DNA of 64,000 bases from Schizochytrium sp. TIO01 (Eukaryota; Protista; Bigyra: Labyrinthulomycetes), in NCBI GenBank assembly GCA_004764695.1, contig SMSO01000034.1:4650001-4714000 (forward strand), read 5' to 3'. Below are positions 40,705 to 49,345 of this stretch, piece after piece. How positions within the stretch are numbered: position 1 is the stretch's first letter; every line of letters starts with the position of its first letter. The position numbers and the translations under genes were made by a program. The notes under the pieces were generated by a model. It saw only the letters and a list, made by a program, of their open reading frames with translations. It was not told where the DNA came from and made no database searches.

Positions 40705-43700
40705 GCTCTTGGAAACGAATAGATTGCTTATCCATGGCCTCGCTATAGTTTAGAAGAGCGGCATTGGCCATTGCGGGAGGATGTTGTGCTGGCAAGCTCG
40801 TATTATGACTACTTGGTTCAATAACTTCAAAAGCTTCCTCTTCACGCTTCTCGTAGATTGCTTCATTGCTCATGTTTGCAATAATTTTGCGCGAATCCCA
40901 ATAATTAATATCCAAGTCTCTGAATAGATGCTTATGTTTGCGATTTGTTCGCAATGACGATTCAATTTCCTCGGTAATAAATTGCTCCCACATTGAATCA
41001 CTTGCTTCTCTCTCCTTGGGATACACATCTGTAACAATAGCAATGAGTAAATTAATATTAATTGTTGCAAACATGATGAAGCTTGCTGCTGCCAGTAGCC
41101 CAGACCAAGAAGTTGACGCGATCAATTCAAGCCCATCCCAACTCTCTACAAATGGGGTATAGAATAACGAGTAAAATGTGCTCCCAAAAGTCATCCAAGG
41201 ACTTACACTTGATCCAAATCCCACATGAAAACAAAAAGCTAGTAAAAAGCATGCAGCGGCTACCACGAGTAGATAGATACCAACGGCAAGGTTAGTAATG
41301 GTATTGGTGAGTGCAACAATTACAGGACCAATATCTGGAATTGACCGTGCAGCACGTAATAGTGGAATCATGCTTAGCAGAAAGATCACAGCTACCGTTC
41401 GACGCTCGGTTTGTAAGAGGCGGTGATGTTCGCCCCAAGAAGAAAATTCACTACCTGAAACATTAGTTCGGATACCCCTGGTCTGAGCAAAAGCTTGATA
41501 ATCGATCACAAGAACCGTAAGCAAAAGTGCAAGCACAACAAAAACGACTGCTGGAGGCTTCCGAGAACGAATAATTTTTGAGTGCATAGCGTAAGAGAGT
41601 AACAGAAGTATCATCCCCGCAACTGTGCCTTCGAACTCCCTTGAGGGAGGAAACCGACGATAATCGACTCTAAACTCCTGGACACTCACGTCCAGACTTG
41701 GACCCGCATAGAACGAAGTTGACATAGTAGCTTGAACTATGCCATAGATGTTATGAAGTGGGTTATATAGGTTCATTTCGATCGAGAGGACTTGCATACC
41801 ACCAGTGTCATTGTGCCGTATAGTCGAGTTCATAACTGTTGAAATTTGTTCCGAAGTGCTTTGAGCCAGAATTGATACAAATGATTCACCTGTCTCTCTC
41901 AAAGACTCACTTGCGTCTTGCCAAACTAGGCCATGAGCAAGCAAAGGTAAGACAGTTTGCTCCAACTTTAATCCTCCAATTACACGATTGTATCCCATAT
42001 AGATGAGTGAATCATCTGTGATATTAAATCTAAATTGATTCGGGAACTCATTCACTAACCAATTCTCCATGTCCTCAAAGGACTTCACATCTTGTACGTT
42101 GTCCTCAATTTCTGCCTTCAAACTTTCTCGCCAGCTACGTTCTGCTGTAACATCATAATCAGGCGCAAGTTGAACCATCATTGCAAACCATACTAAAATT
42201 CCAATCAGAACTGTAGTTCGTCGAAAGAACTGCCACATTGCATGCCGGTTTCGCCAGCGACGTACGGAATGAGACAAGTTTAACACATCAATAAGCTCAG
42301 TCGATGCTACAAGCTGAAGTTCTAGCTCTTTGAGGATGTGCTGCAGCTCGCGAAGCGGCTTATTTGCAATCGACTCCGGAGTCAACTCGGAACGAGCATG
42401 TTGCAGAATGCCTCCTCTCTTGGAATCCTTTAGTAGTGAAGCGCGAGGTCCATATTGAAAAGGAGCTGATGGAAAGCCCCAGTGCATGGAGCGTTCTTGA
42501 ACCTCTGCTCGTAATCTTTCAACATCATCAGCAATATGAATGTGTTGGTATAATGCTCGGTAGTAAGGTGTGAGCGGCCCTGCATCCGTCCCAGGCTCCT
42601 CCATAATAGGATCCGCAGATAGCTCGATCAGACTTTTAACAACCTCGATCTTTTCATTCTGGACAGCCATAGACAGGGGCGAGTACATTGAAATGTGTTG
42701 CTTAGTTTCCTTAACGTTGGAGTGACTTACTCCAAGCGGTGCAACGGCTGTTGAGACGAGCTTAGGTACAACTAAACGTAAAACACTCCATCGTGTGCGA
42801 GCTTTAGCGCTTTGTGGGATTGGGCTATCTCCTTTCGTTTGTGAAACTGAAAAACTTACAGATTTGTTCATCTGCGGATCGTCCAATGACATGAGTTCTT
42901 CAATCTCCAAGCTCTTGTCAACCTTTGCCATTTCTGAAAGCTGAAGAGTTTCTACCCCCCGTAAGCTAAGATTGACAATTTCATCGACTTGATAAAGCTG
43001 CTGCAAATGACGAACAAGGTATTCACAGCATTTAGTATGCCCTTGATATGCAGCATGATGCAATGCAGTGAAACCAAGATTATCAGGGATGAGAACTTTT
43101 ACATCTACTTCTGACTCTACAAGTATCTTGCACATTTCAAGATCACCTATATACGCTGCAAGAGACACCGCTGTAAAGCCGTTTGTATCTCGCCGATTTG
43201 CATCAACATGGAGTGCCAACAAATGCCGTACAGTTGAATAGTGCCGACCAAGCACCGCAAGAGAAAGCGCTGTTCTTCCGTTCTTGTTCTTTACGTTAAG
43301 ATCGGCACTTGCATTCTGTACCGAATGAGATAGAATAATATTGATCGAATCAAGATGCCCACGGCGCACAGCTGCAAGCAAGTATGAGTTCAACAATTGC
43401 TGGCGCATTTGATGCACATTGTGAAACGTAAGTTTTTCACATGTCATGTCAACTGATTCTCGCCTTGCCCTCTCCTGTGTTCTCTTAAGGATATTTGCAG
43501 TTGCGTTTTCGCTTACAGGGCATATTTCCCAGCCCAAACACATGATTGCCTTGATCGTCTCTTCTACGCCTTGCACCAGATCAAACTTTTCAGTTTTGTT
43601 GAGTTTCGAGTAGGGTACTAAGGATGCGTTGAGTTTGAGGTTGCTTGCGATATTTCGGTGCGGAGCATATCGCCAACCCTGGGTGATTTTCTCACGAGCC

Positions 43701-46177
43701 CAGACTTCATGAGAATTGACTGAAATGCATCGGATTAGTTCCTCCAAGTGAATCGATAAGGTGCTCGATACCTTGCTAGTATCAATCGAAGCACAACCTG
43801 GCTTATCCTCATCCCATTCCTTATCAGCATAGCGAAGAGATTTTCGGTGATCACGTCCAGTTGGCGGAGACTTGCGCAACGGCTCCTGAGTGTCTTTAGA
43901 CGGTGGCTCCAACCTGAAACCCAACAAGAGGATAAGTTTCACCGTCTCAGAGGCCATGTGCATGTTATATTTCGCTTCTTCGGCTGTGAGATCTTCAAAA
44001 GGAACTAATAAGGGATGCAGCTTAGCATTGTCGTCGCGTGTTTTAGAATATGACCAACTATCTTTAATTTTCTGCATGCACCACACATTGTGCATATTTC
44101 TCGCAAGCCTTCTCGCAAGCGCCTTCGTTGTTGGGCTTAGGCGCACCACACTCGTGTCTAAAGGTTGAGGGTCGAATGTTTGAGCAGCGTGTTCCCTTGC
44201 ATCAAAAGGTTTAATTGCTTGACAAACCCAATGCGGTTTAGTGCTGCATTCACAAAGTGAAAGGCTAAAACCTTTTGCCACTAGAGGCCCTTCGCAGTTC
44301 TTATGGCATCTCTCACGGCACACAAGGCATACATCCATCTCACATTTCGAACAATAATACATGAATTGCAGCATATGTTTGAAATCGGCACATGAGGATG
44401 TACATGTCTCTGGGGACTCGATTCGTTTTGTTAGTGCAACGAGTGCGTGGTCAATACGTATGTCATTCTCTGGAGCAAAATTCAATATGCTTTCACATCC
44501 CTCGACATCTCCCATAAGCACAAGGCGATGTAAGAGCTCTTGCATTCGTCCACGTTCAGCTGATGCATAGCAACCCATCCGCAGTAACATCCGTACTGCT
44601 TCAAGGTTATCCTTTTCGATAGCAAGATCAAGTTCTGTAATTCCCTGCTCTCGAGAGGCCTCTGCAAGAGGAGGGTGTATGGCACGATTGATTTGGAAGA
44701 CATCTTCCACGCGTTCTGCATTTGCTTCGGCGTCTTGCCATAGCTCAACCAGCGTCCGAATGACTTCAACGTTTCCATTAGCAGTGGCCAAATGTGTAAA
44801 TGAGTAATGTGCTAAAGTAAGCTCATTAATTGGCAAAGGAGCTTCAAAAAATGGCTGCCCAAGTAGTTTGCTCCACGAAAGATGCGCAAAGGCCCCACTT
44901 CTTGCCGCGTAATGTAAAGCATTCCAACCGTCCTGGTCGACAGCTTGCAAAAGTCCTACAGGACTTAGACTGTATTCGAAAAGAAGCTTGGCACACCGCG
45001 CGTGGCCTTCACTTTCTTGGGATAAAGCAAGCATTAGAGCGGTTCGTCGGTACATGTCTATTGCTTCAATGTGGTTTGAGGCACTGTTTATTTGGAGAAG
45101 AATTTCTACAATCTCAGGTTCGCCTTGTTCGCAAGCTACAATCAAGGATGTCTGAGAGTTAGGTGGGTGCTGATGCATAGCGACAGAAGCTCTGAGTCGT
45201 TCGCTAGAAAGCATCAAGAGACGCACGCATTCTGTGCGGTAAGTGCGCGGAGCAAAATATAATGCTAAGCCCAACGGGGTAAGTCTCTGATCGTCCTGGA
45301 CTCTAGGATCGATGTCAGGACACATTCGTAAAAGAGTCTCTAGCGCTTGAATATTCCCTGAAAGGCAGCACGCATGCAGAATTGTCCTTTGACAGTAGCT
45401 CGAACGTGCATTGATATCCACAATCTTGTTAAGGCGGTCCTCAGTAAGAACCCAGTGCTCTGACTGAGCAAGAAGCAACACGGTTTCATCAATAATATTT
45501 CCTGGAATCCTATCGTACAGAGAACTTTCAATCGTAGCAACAATGTCTGTAGTTTGTACATAATGAATTTTATTTTGTGAGTTTTGCATGTGTACCTCTT
45601 CATCACCAGTATCATTTAAGGTTGCCTCTCGAAAGCAGGCGTCCTGAACAATATAGATTCGTGCATCTTGCACATGGACGCATGCATCAATCGCAGTATA
45701 TCGTGTTGCATCCCCTGCACCACAAATATAAAGATCGTCGACTGCACCAGAGCGATGCAAAATTGTTTTCATAGCCGTAAGTGTTTCTGAACCATAGTCT
45801 CGAAATGCAGAGTACGTGTCACGTTGAGGGTCTGTGCCCGTGAAGATAATATGGTTATCGATGGCAAGACGCAAAGGTGTTGCTCCACTGGTCCCCGCAA
45901 CACATTCTTCATTACGAAGACGTTGGGTGTCCCCAAGTTGTAAAATATAGCGAACTTCTCCCTTTTGCGCACCGGGGTGGTTTTCTACAAATGAACAATG
46001 CGTACATGGATGATACTTCAGGCAAATAAAGACCTCATCGAAGAATCCATCAGTCTGAAGGTGTTCGATATTTGCAAGGACCAAGTCCGGGTTGTCTGAT
46101 CGCTTATAAATATCTTCTTGCACGTGCATGAGGACCAAGCCTCGTTTCCTTCTCGGCTTTCGAGGTGTTTGGCTCAT
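40658..46177 (-). CDS. Multidomain TRP/polycystin-like cation channel: nicotinamidase-fold domain + ankyrin repeats + UBR-box-like Zn finger + 2 RyR repeats + ankyrin repeats + 6-TM PKD-type channel
   Basis: 1839-aa ORF. Ankyrin motifs (GWNALHYAARSG, GRTALSLAVLGRH, GFTALHHAAYQGH). RyR motifs (LARNMHNVW..WSYSKTRDDNAKLHPLLVPFEDL; NSHEVW..GWRY..LVPYSKL). Polycystin-like extracellular motifs (NRVIGGLKLEQ, EMNLYNPLHNIY). S6 motif INLLIAIVTDVY. Confidence 0.88.
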   Translation of the reverse strand: MSQTPRKPRRKRGLVLMHVQEDIYKRSDNPDLVLANIEHLQTDGFFDEVFICLKYHPCTHCSFVENHPGAQKGEVRYILQLGDTQRLRNEECVAGTSGATPLRLAIDNHIIFTGTDPQRDTYSAFRDYGSETLTAMKTILHRSGAVDDLYICGAGDATRYTAIDACVHVQDARIYIVQDACFREATLNDTGDEEVHMQNSQNKIHYVQTTDIVATIESSLYDRIPGNIIDETVLLLAQSEHWVLTEDRLNKIVDINARSSYCQRTILHACCLSGNIQALETLLRMCPDIDPRVQDDQRLTPLGLALYFAPRTYRTECVRLLMLSSERLRASVAMHQHPPNSQTSLIVACEQGEPEIVEILLQINSASNHIEAIDMYRRTALMLALSQESEGHARCAKLLFEYSLSPVGLLQAVDQDGWNALHYAARSGAFAHLSWSKLLGQPFFEAPLPINELTLAHYSFTHLATANGNVEVIRTLVELWQDAEANAERVEDVFQINRAIHPPLAEASREQGITELDLAIEKDNLEAVRMLLRMGCYASAERGRMQELLHRLVLMGDVEGCESILNFAPENDIRIDHALVALTKRIESPETCTSSCADFKHMLQFMYYCSKCEMDVCLVCRERCHKNCEGPLVAKGFSLSLCECSTKPHWVCQAIKPFDAREHAAQTFDPQPLDTSVVRLSPTTKALARRLARNMHNVWCMQKIKDSWSYSKTRDDNAKLHPLLVPFEDLTAEEAKYNMHMASETVKLILLLGFRLEPPSKDTQEPLRKSPPTGRDHRKSLRYADKEWDEDKPGCASIDTSKVSSTLSIHLEELIRCISVNSHEVWAREKITQGWRYAPHRNIASNLKLNASLVPYSKLNKTEKFDLVQGVEETIKAIMCLGWEICPVSENATANILKRTQERARRESVDMTCEKLTFHNVHQMRQQLLNSYLLAAVRRGHLDSINIILSHSVQNASADLNVKNKNGRTALSLAVLGRHYSTVRHLLALHVDANRRDTNGFTAVSLAAYIGDLEMCKILVESEVDVKVLIPDNLGFTALHHAAYQGHTKCCEYLVRHLQQLYQVDEIVNLSLRGVETLQLSEMAKVDKSLEIEELMSLDDPQMNKSVSFSVSQTKGDSPIPQSAKARTRWSVLRLVVPKLVSTAVAPLGVSHSNVKETKQHISMYSPLSMAVQNEKIEVVKSLIELSADPIMEEPGTDAGPLTPYYRALYQHIHIADDVERLRAEVQERSMHWGFPSAPFQYGPRASLLKDSKRGGILQHARSELTPESIANKPLRELQHILKELELQLVASTELIDVLNLSHSVRRWRNRHAMWQFFRRTTVLIGILVWFAMMVQLAPDYDVTAERSWRESLKAEIEDNVQDVKSFEDMENWLVNEFPNQFRFNITDDSLIYMGYNRVIGGLKLEQTVLPLLAHGLVWQDASESLRETGESFVSILAQSTSEQISTVMNSTIRHNDTGGMQVLSIEMNLYNPLHNIYGIVQATMSTSFYAGPSLDVSVQEFRVDYRRFPPSREFEGTVAGMILLLLSYAMHSKIIRSRKPPAVVFVVLALLLTVLVIDYQAFAQTRGIRTNVSGSEFSSWGEHHRLLQTERRTVAVIFLLSMIPLLRAARSIPDIGPVIVALTNTITNLAVGIYLLVVAAACFLLAFCFHVGFGSSVSPWMTFGSTFYSLFYTPFVESWDGLELIASTSWSGLLAAASFIMFATININLLIAIVTDVYPKEREASDSMWEQFITEEIESSLRTNRKHKHLFRDLDINYWDSRKIIANMSNEAIYEKREEEAFEVIEPSSHNTSLPAQHPPAMANAALLNYSEAMDKQSIRFQELENKLRAGLKSNGYN

Positions 46178-47605
46178 GTTGATAGCCTCCGGAAATACCT
46201 TCCCACCACCAAATTTCTGCGTGTCAAACTTTTCGCAATACCACCCGGCCGCCTTACATATGGTCCCGATCTGCCGTGCGAAGTCTCTACCAGCTTATTT
46301 GCTGCTTTGTCTGAGGTCCGCAAACACTTTTGATAGAAATATTCCTCTTCCAAACGTTGTTGCTGTCGCTGTCGCTGTCCCTCTGAACTCTGTATTGTTT
46401 TGCTGCAGCCAATACTTTAGTCTGCACACATTTCTATACCATTTGCTTCTCAAAGAGCCCAAGCTACAGCCACTTAAAGGTTGTCTCTGTAACAACCTGA
46501 TCAGTCTTGGGACTTCCTTGCACTTCTCGTATTACCATCTCATTTGTCCGTTTCTAAAGGATACTCCTTATGGGTCCCCCATTTCTTTCTACAATATTCA
46601 TTTCGTCACAAAGGCATTATGACATAAAACATCTTCCCATATTTGGTTCTGAAGAATGTCAATAGGCGATGCATTGCTCGAATTGCAGGATAATCACGTG
46701 GGTATGTATGTGCCTCATCCGTACTTAGCTATTGCACTTCAGATGGAAAGCCTGTACTACTAGGTGTATTTAGCACTACCAAGGCATCTACTAGGTACTA
46801 CCTACCGGTATCAGTAATTGGTAAATAGGCCACTACTACCGCAGGGTTAATTGATTGAACATTATATTATTCAATTTATTTGACCAACAACTTAAACTCC
46901 AAGTTGGTTGGCGAATTAATATAAAACAATCATGCGTTGCTATTCCCTACCCGGCAGAGCATTTCTGCCATTAGGTCCTTTTTTCTACCAGCAACCGTAC
47001 TTCTTCTTGGAGATGTAATAGCCTGAGTGATCGACAGCTGCAAGCTTGGCATCTGTATTTCGTGAAGCCCTCATTCATAGTCTCCTTTTGCAATTAAGGC
47101 ACCTATGTTGGATCTCAGTTAGTTCTTCTTGACGATAAAACATTTGCACTAGCGAACTAAAGTTTACGATGTGTACGAGATATTGATAAGAGTCATTTAC
47201 AAGAAATAATAATAGTCCCATTCGGCCCTTGTGGTATCTTTGATGTTTTGGACCCTTCTTCCGTCCGATCCGCTAATGAACTATCATTTCAAGGTTAAGC
47301 AAGAATGACTTCGGCACCGATCCAAGGAGGCAACAATACCGATTCCTAGACCGCGGGGTGTATTCACGTTTCGTGTACCTTGTCTTGAGTAAAGCACGCA
47401 AAAGGTTCGTGGGTTGTAGCAGGATCCGGTGCGCACTTTTACAGTCTTGAGCTCATCTCAACAACTTCTCTGAGCATACGAAATACCTGCGAAAGTCGCG
47501 CCCAAAATTGAAATACCGAAAGTTCTAACGCAAGAGCATAAGTGCACCTCCCAAGTTGAAAATCAAGGCTCGCGGGAGTGTTTGGAAAAACTAGCACAAC
47601 CAAGG

Positions 47606-48538
47606 ATGACAAGTGCTCCTTTGATGCTTGGCCCTGAGCCAATTGAGATTGATGGGAAAGAGTATGTGGTTCGATCTGATATGGTTCGCAGGCGCAAGCC
47701 TCCGACTGTGCAGGCAAGAACGCAAAAGATGCTCGCGTATCTGGGGGTGTTAGCTGGATTGGCAGCGTCAAGACGGCTTCGTTTGTTTTTTGCTGCCGGA
47801 TTTGCTGGATCAGGTGTGGCAATGGCTTTGCTCTACACCATCATGCGCTCCTCAAAATCATTGAGTGAAGCAATTACTTCACGCCTACTTCCTCAAATGA
47901 TGGCGGGACTTGACATTGCAATGGGCAAAGTGAAGAAGGAGCTACTCAAGGACTTGAAAGGAGATGTTCTCGATTTTGGTGCAGGCGATGGACAGTACTT
48001 AAAATACGTTGCGAGCCAAGTAGATAAGATCAAATCTGTGACTAGCCTTGAGCCCTTGCAAAAGTTTCATACGAAGATTGAAGAGCGCGCGAAAGCACTC
48101 GGTGTGCCTTTCAAGGGCGTTTATAAGAAGTATTCCGCAGACTTGCTTCGCGAGCGTGGTCCAGAGCAATTCGACACCATTATTGTTGGTTGTGTTCTTT
48201 GCGAAGTACCAGATCAACACGCTGCAGTCAAGGATCTGTATCAGTTACTTCGTCCTGGAGGAAAGCTTTTCTACATAGAACACGTTGCTTACGAGGAAGG
48301 AACCTTGCTCAATTACCTTCAACAATTTATCAATCCTTTCTGGAGAGTTGTGAGTGGCGGTTGCAATTGCAATCGCCATACTCTGCGTGCAATTCGATCC
48401 GCTCCCTGGAATGTGTTTACTTGGGAGCTACTGACCGATGTTCCTCTACTAAATCGCATGCAAACAGGCCTCGCTGTCAAGGAAGACCTCGCTAATCCTG
48501 ATATCCATACGCCTACGAACAACAATGCACGTCTTTAA
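47606..48538 (+). CDS. Class I SAM-dependent methyltransferase, METTL7/TMT1-like
   Basis: Motif I VLDFGAGDG, FDTII..VLCEV, LLRPGGKLFYIEH, GCNCNR, N-terminal hydrophobic segment. First ATG at 47606. Confidence 0.88.
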   Translation: MTSAPLMLGPEPIEIDGKEYVVRSDMVRRRKPPTVQARTQKMLAYLGVLAGLAASRRLRLFFAAGFAGSGVAMALLYTIMRSSKSLSEAITSRLLPQMMAGLDIAMGKVKKELLKDLKGDVLDFGAGDGQYLKYVASQVDKIKSVTSLEPLQKFHTKIEERAKALGVPFKGVYKKYSADLLRERGPEQFDTIIVGCVLCEVPDQHAAVKDLYQLLRPGGKLFYIEHVAYEEGTLLNYLQQFINPFWRVVSGGCNCNRHTLRAIRSAPWNVFTWELLTDVPLLNRMQTGLAVKEDLANPDIHTPTNNNARL

Positions 48539-49345
48539 AATCTCACGTAAGGCATTCAAGCAGTTCTGGGTATTTGATACTCGTACGCCTTGGTTTTTTA
48601 CCTATGCGATGAAAAGACGTATCATAGTGCTGCTCAATAGGGGTTCTCCGCGCCAAGCAAAAAAAGAAAAGAAAAACTTATCATCTATCATCTCCAAGCA
48701 CCAACAAATGTTTAAGCTAAGGATATAACTTGTAGAGTTTATTTACTACATACCAACTGCTGCTTATTCTCATCCTGCAACCATGGGGTGCCGTGTATGC
48801 CACTCATGATACCACTAACAAGATGGGCAATTATGCAGAGGTAGGTAGTACTCTGCTTGCTAGTCTGGTTCTGACCCGCCGTCACGAAGGTTGCAGAAGG
48901 ATAGCACAGTCGAGCAAGGAATTCAATTGTTAACATTGCTCTCGCTTCTGAACTTGATGATCCTGTCTTTGGATTTCACTCACAGAAAGAAAAGTGTCAA
49001 ATGCCAGTAGACGCACATAGGTGCTATGTTTTTTACGCATGTTAGAACTGCAGTCAATAATGTCCTCTGATGAAATCACTTGCTTAAACGCAAAGAAGGA
49101 AGTTGTTGTTTACTTAAATCTAGGGCTCCACGAGCCATTCTGCGAGCGGTCTTTGCATGAAGGCAAAAAAAATGTGACATTTATTATTATCTATATTTGA
49201 TTCTATAAATGCTGAGTTGCCACCTTTGTGTATATAACTCCAATAAATCGATACAGGAAAACGTGGGAAAAACAATTTCATTTAAAAAAGAGTGATGCAT
49301 GCAAAGAAAATCATCAAACATTCGTAGCTTAGTAGTCTATCAAAT

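Noticed and set aside
46479-46497. Imperfect palindrome GGTTGTCTCTGTAACAACC upstream of the channel, resembling an RFX X-box
   Set aside because: Mismatched spacer, single occurrence, no equivalent seen before the CPLANE1-like gene, and RFX factors are not known from the inferred lineage.
46128-46622. 164-aa plus-strand ORF upstream of the channel
   Set aside because: Antisense to the channel 5' region, no domain, atypical composition.
46178-47605. Functional link between the methyltransferase and the divergent channel (nicotinamide N-methylation)
   Set aside because: The enzyme has METTL7-type, not NNMT-type, motifs; adjacency alone is weak evidence in a compact eukaryotic genome.
49066-49100. 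CTGATGA motif as a hammerhead core or C box
   Set aside because: No flanking stems with GAAA and no matching D box or terminal stem found.
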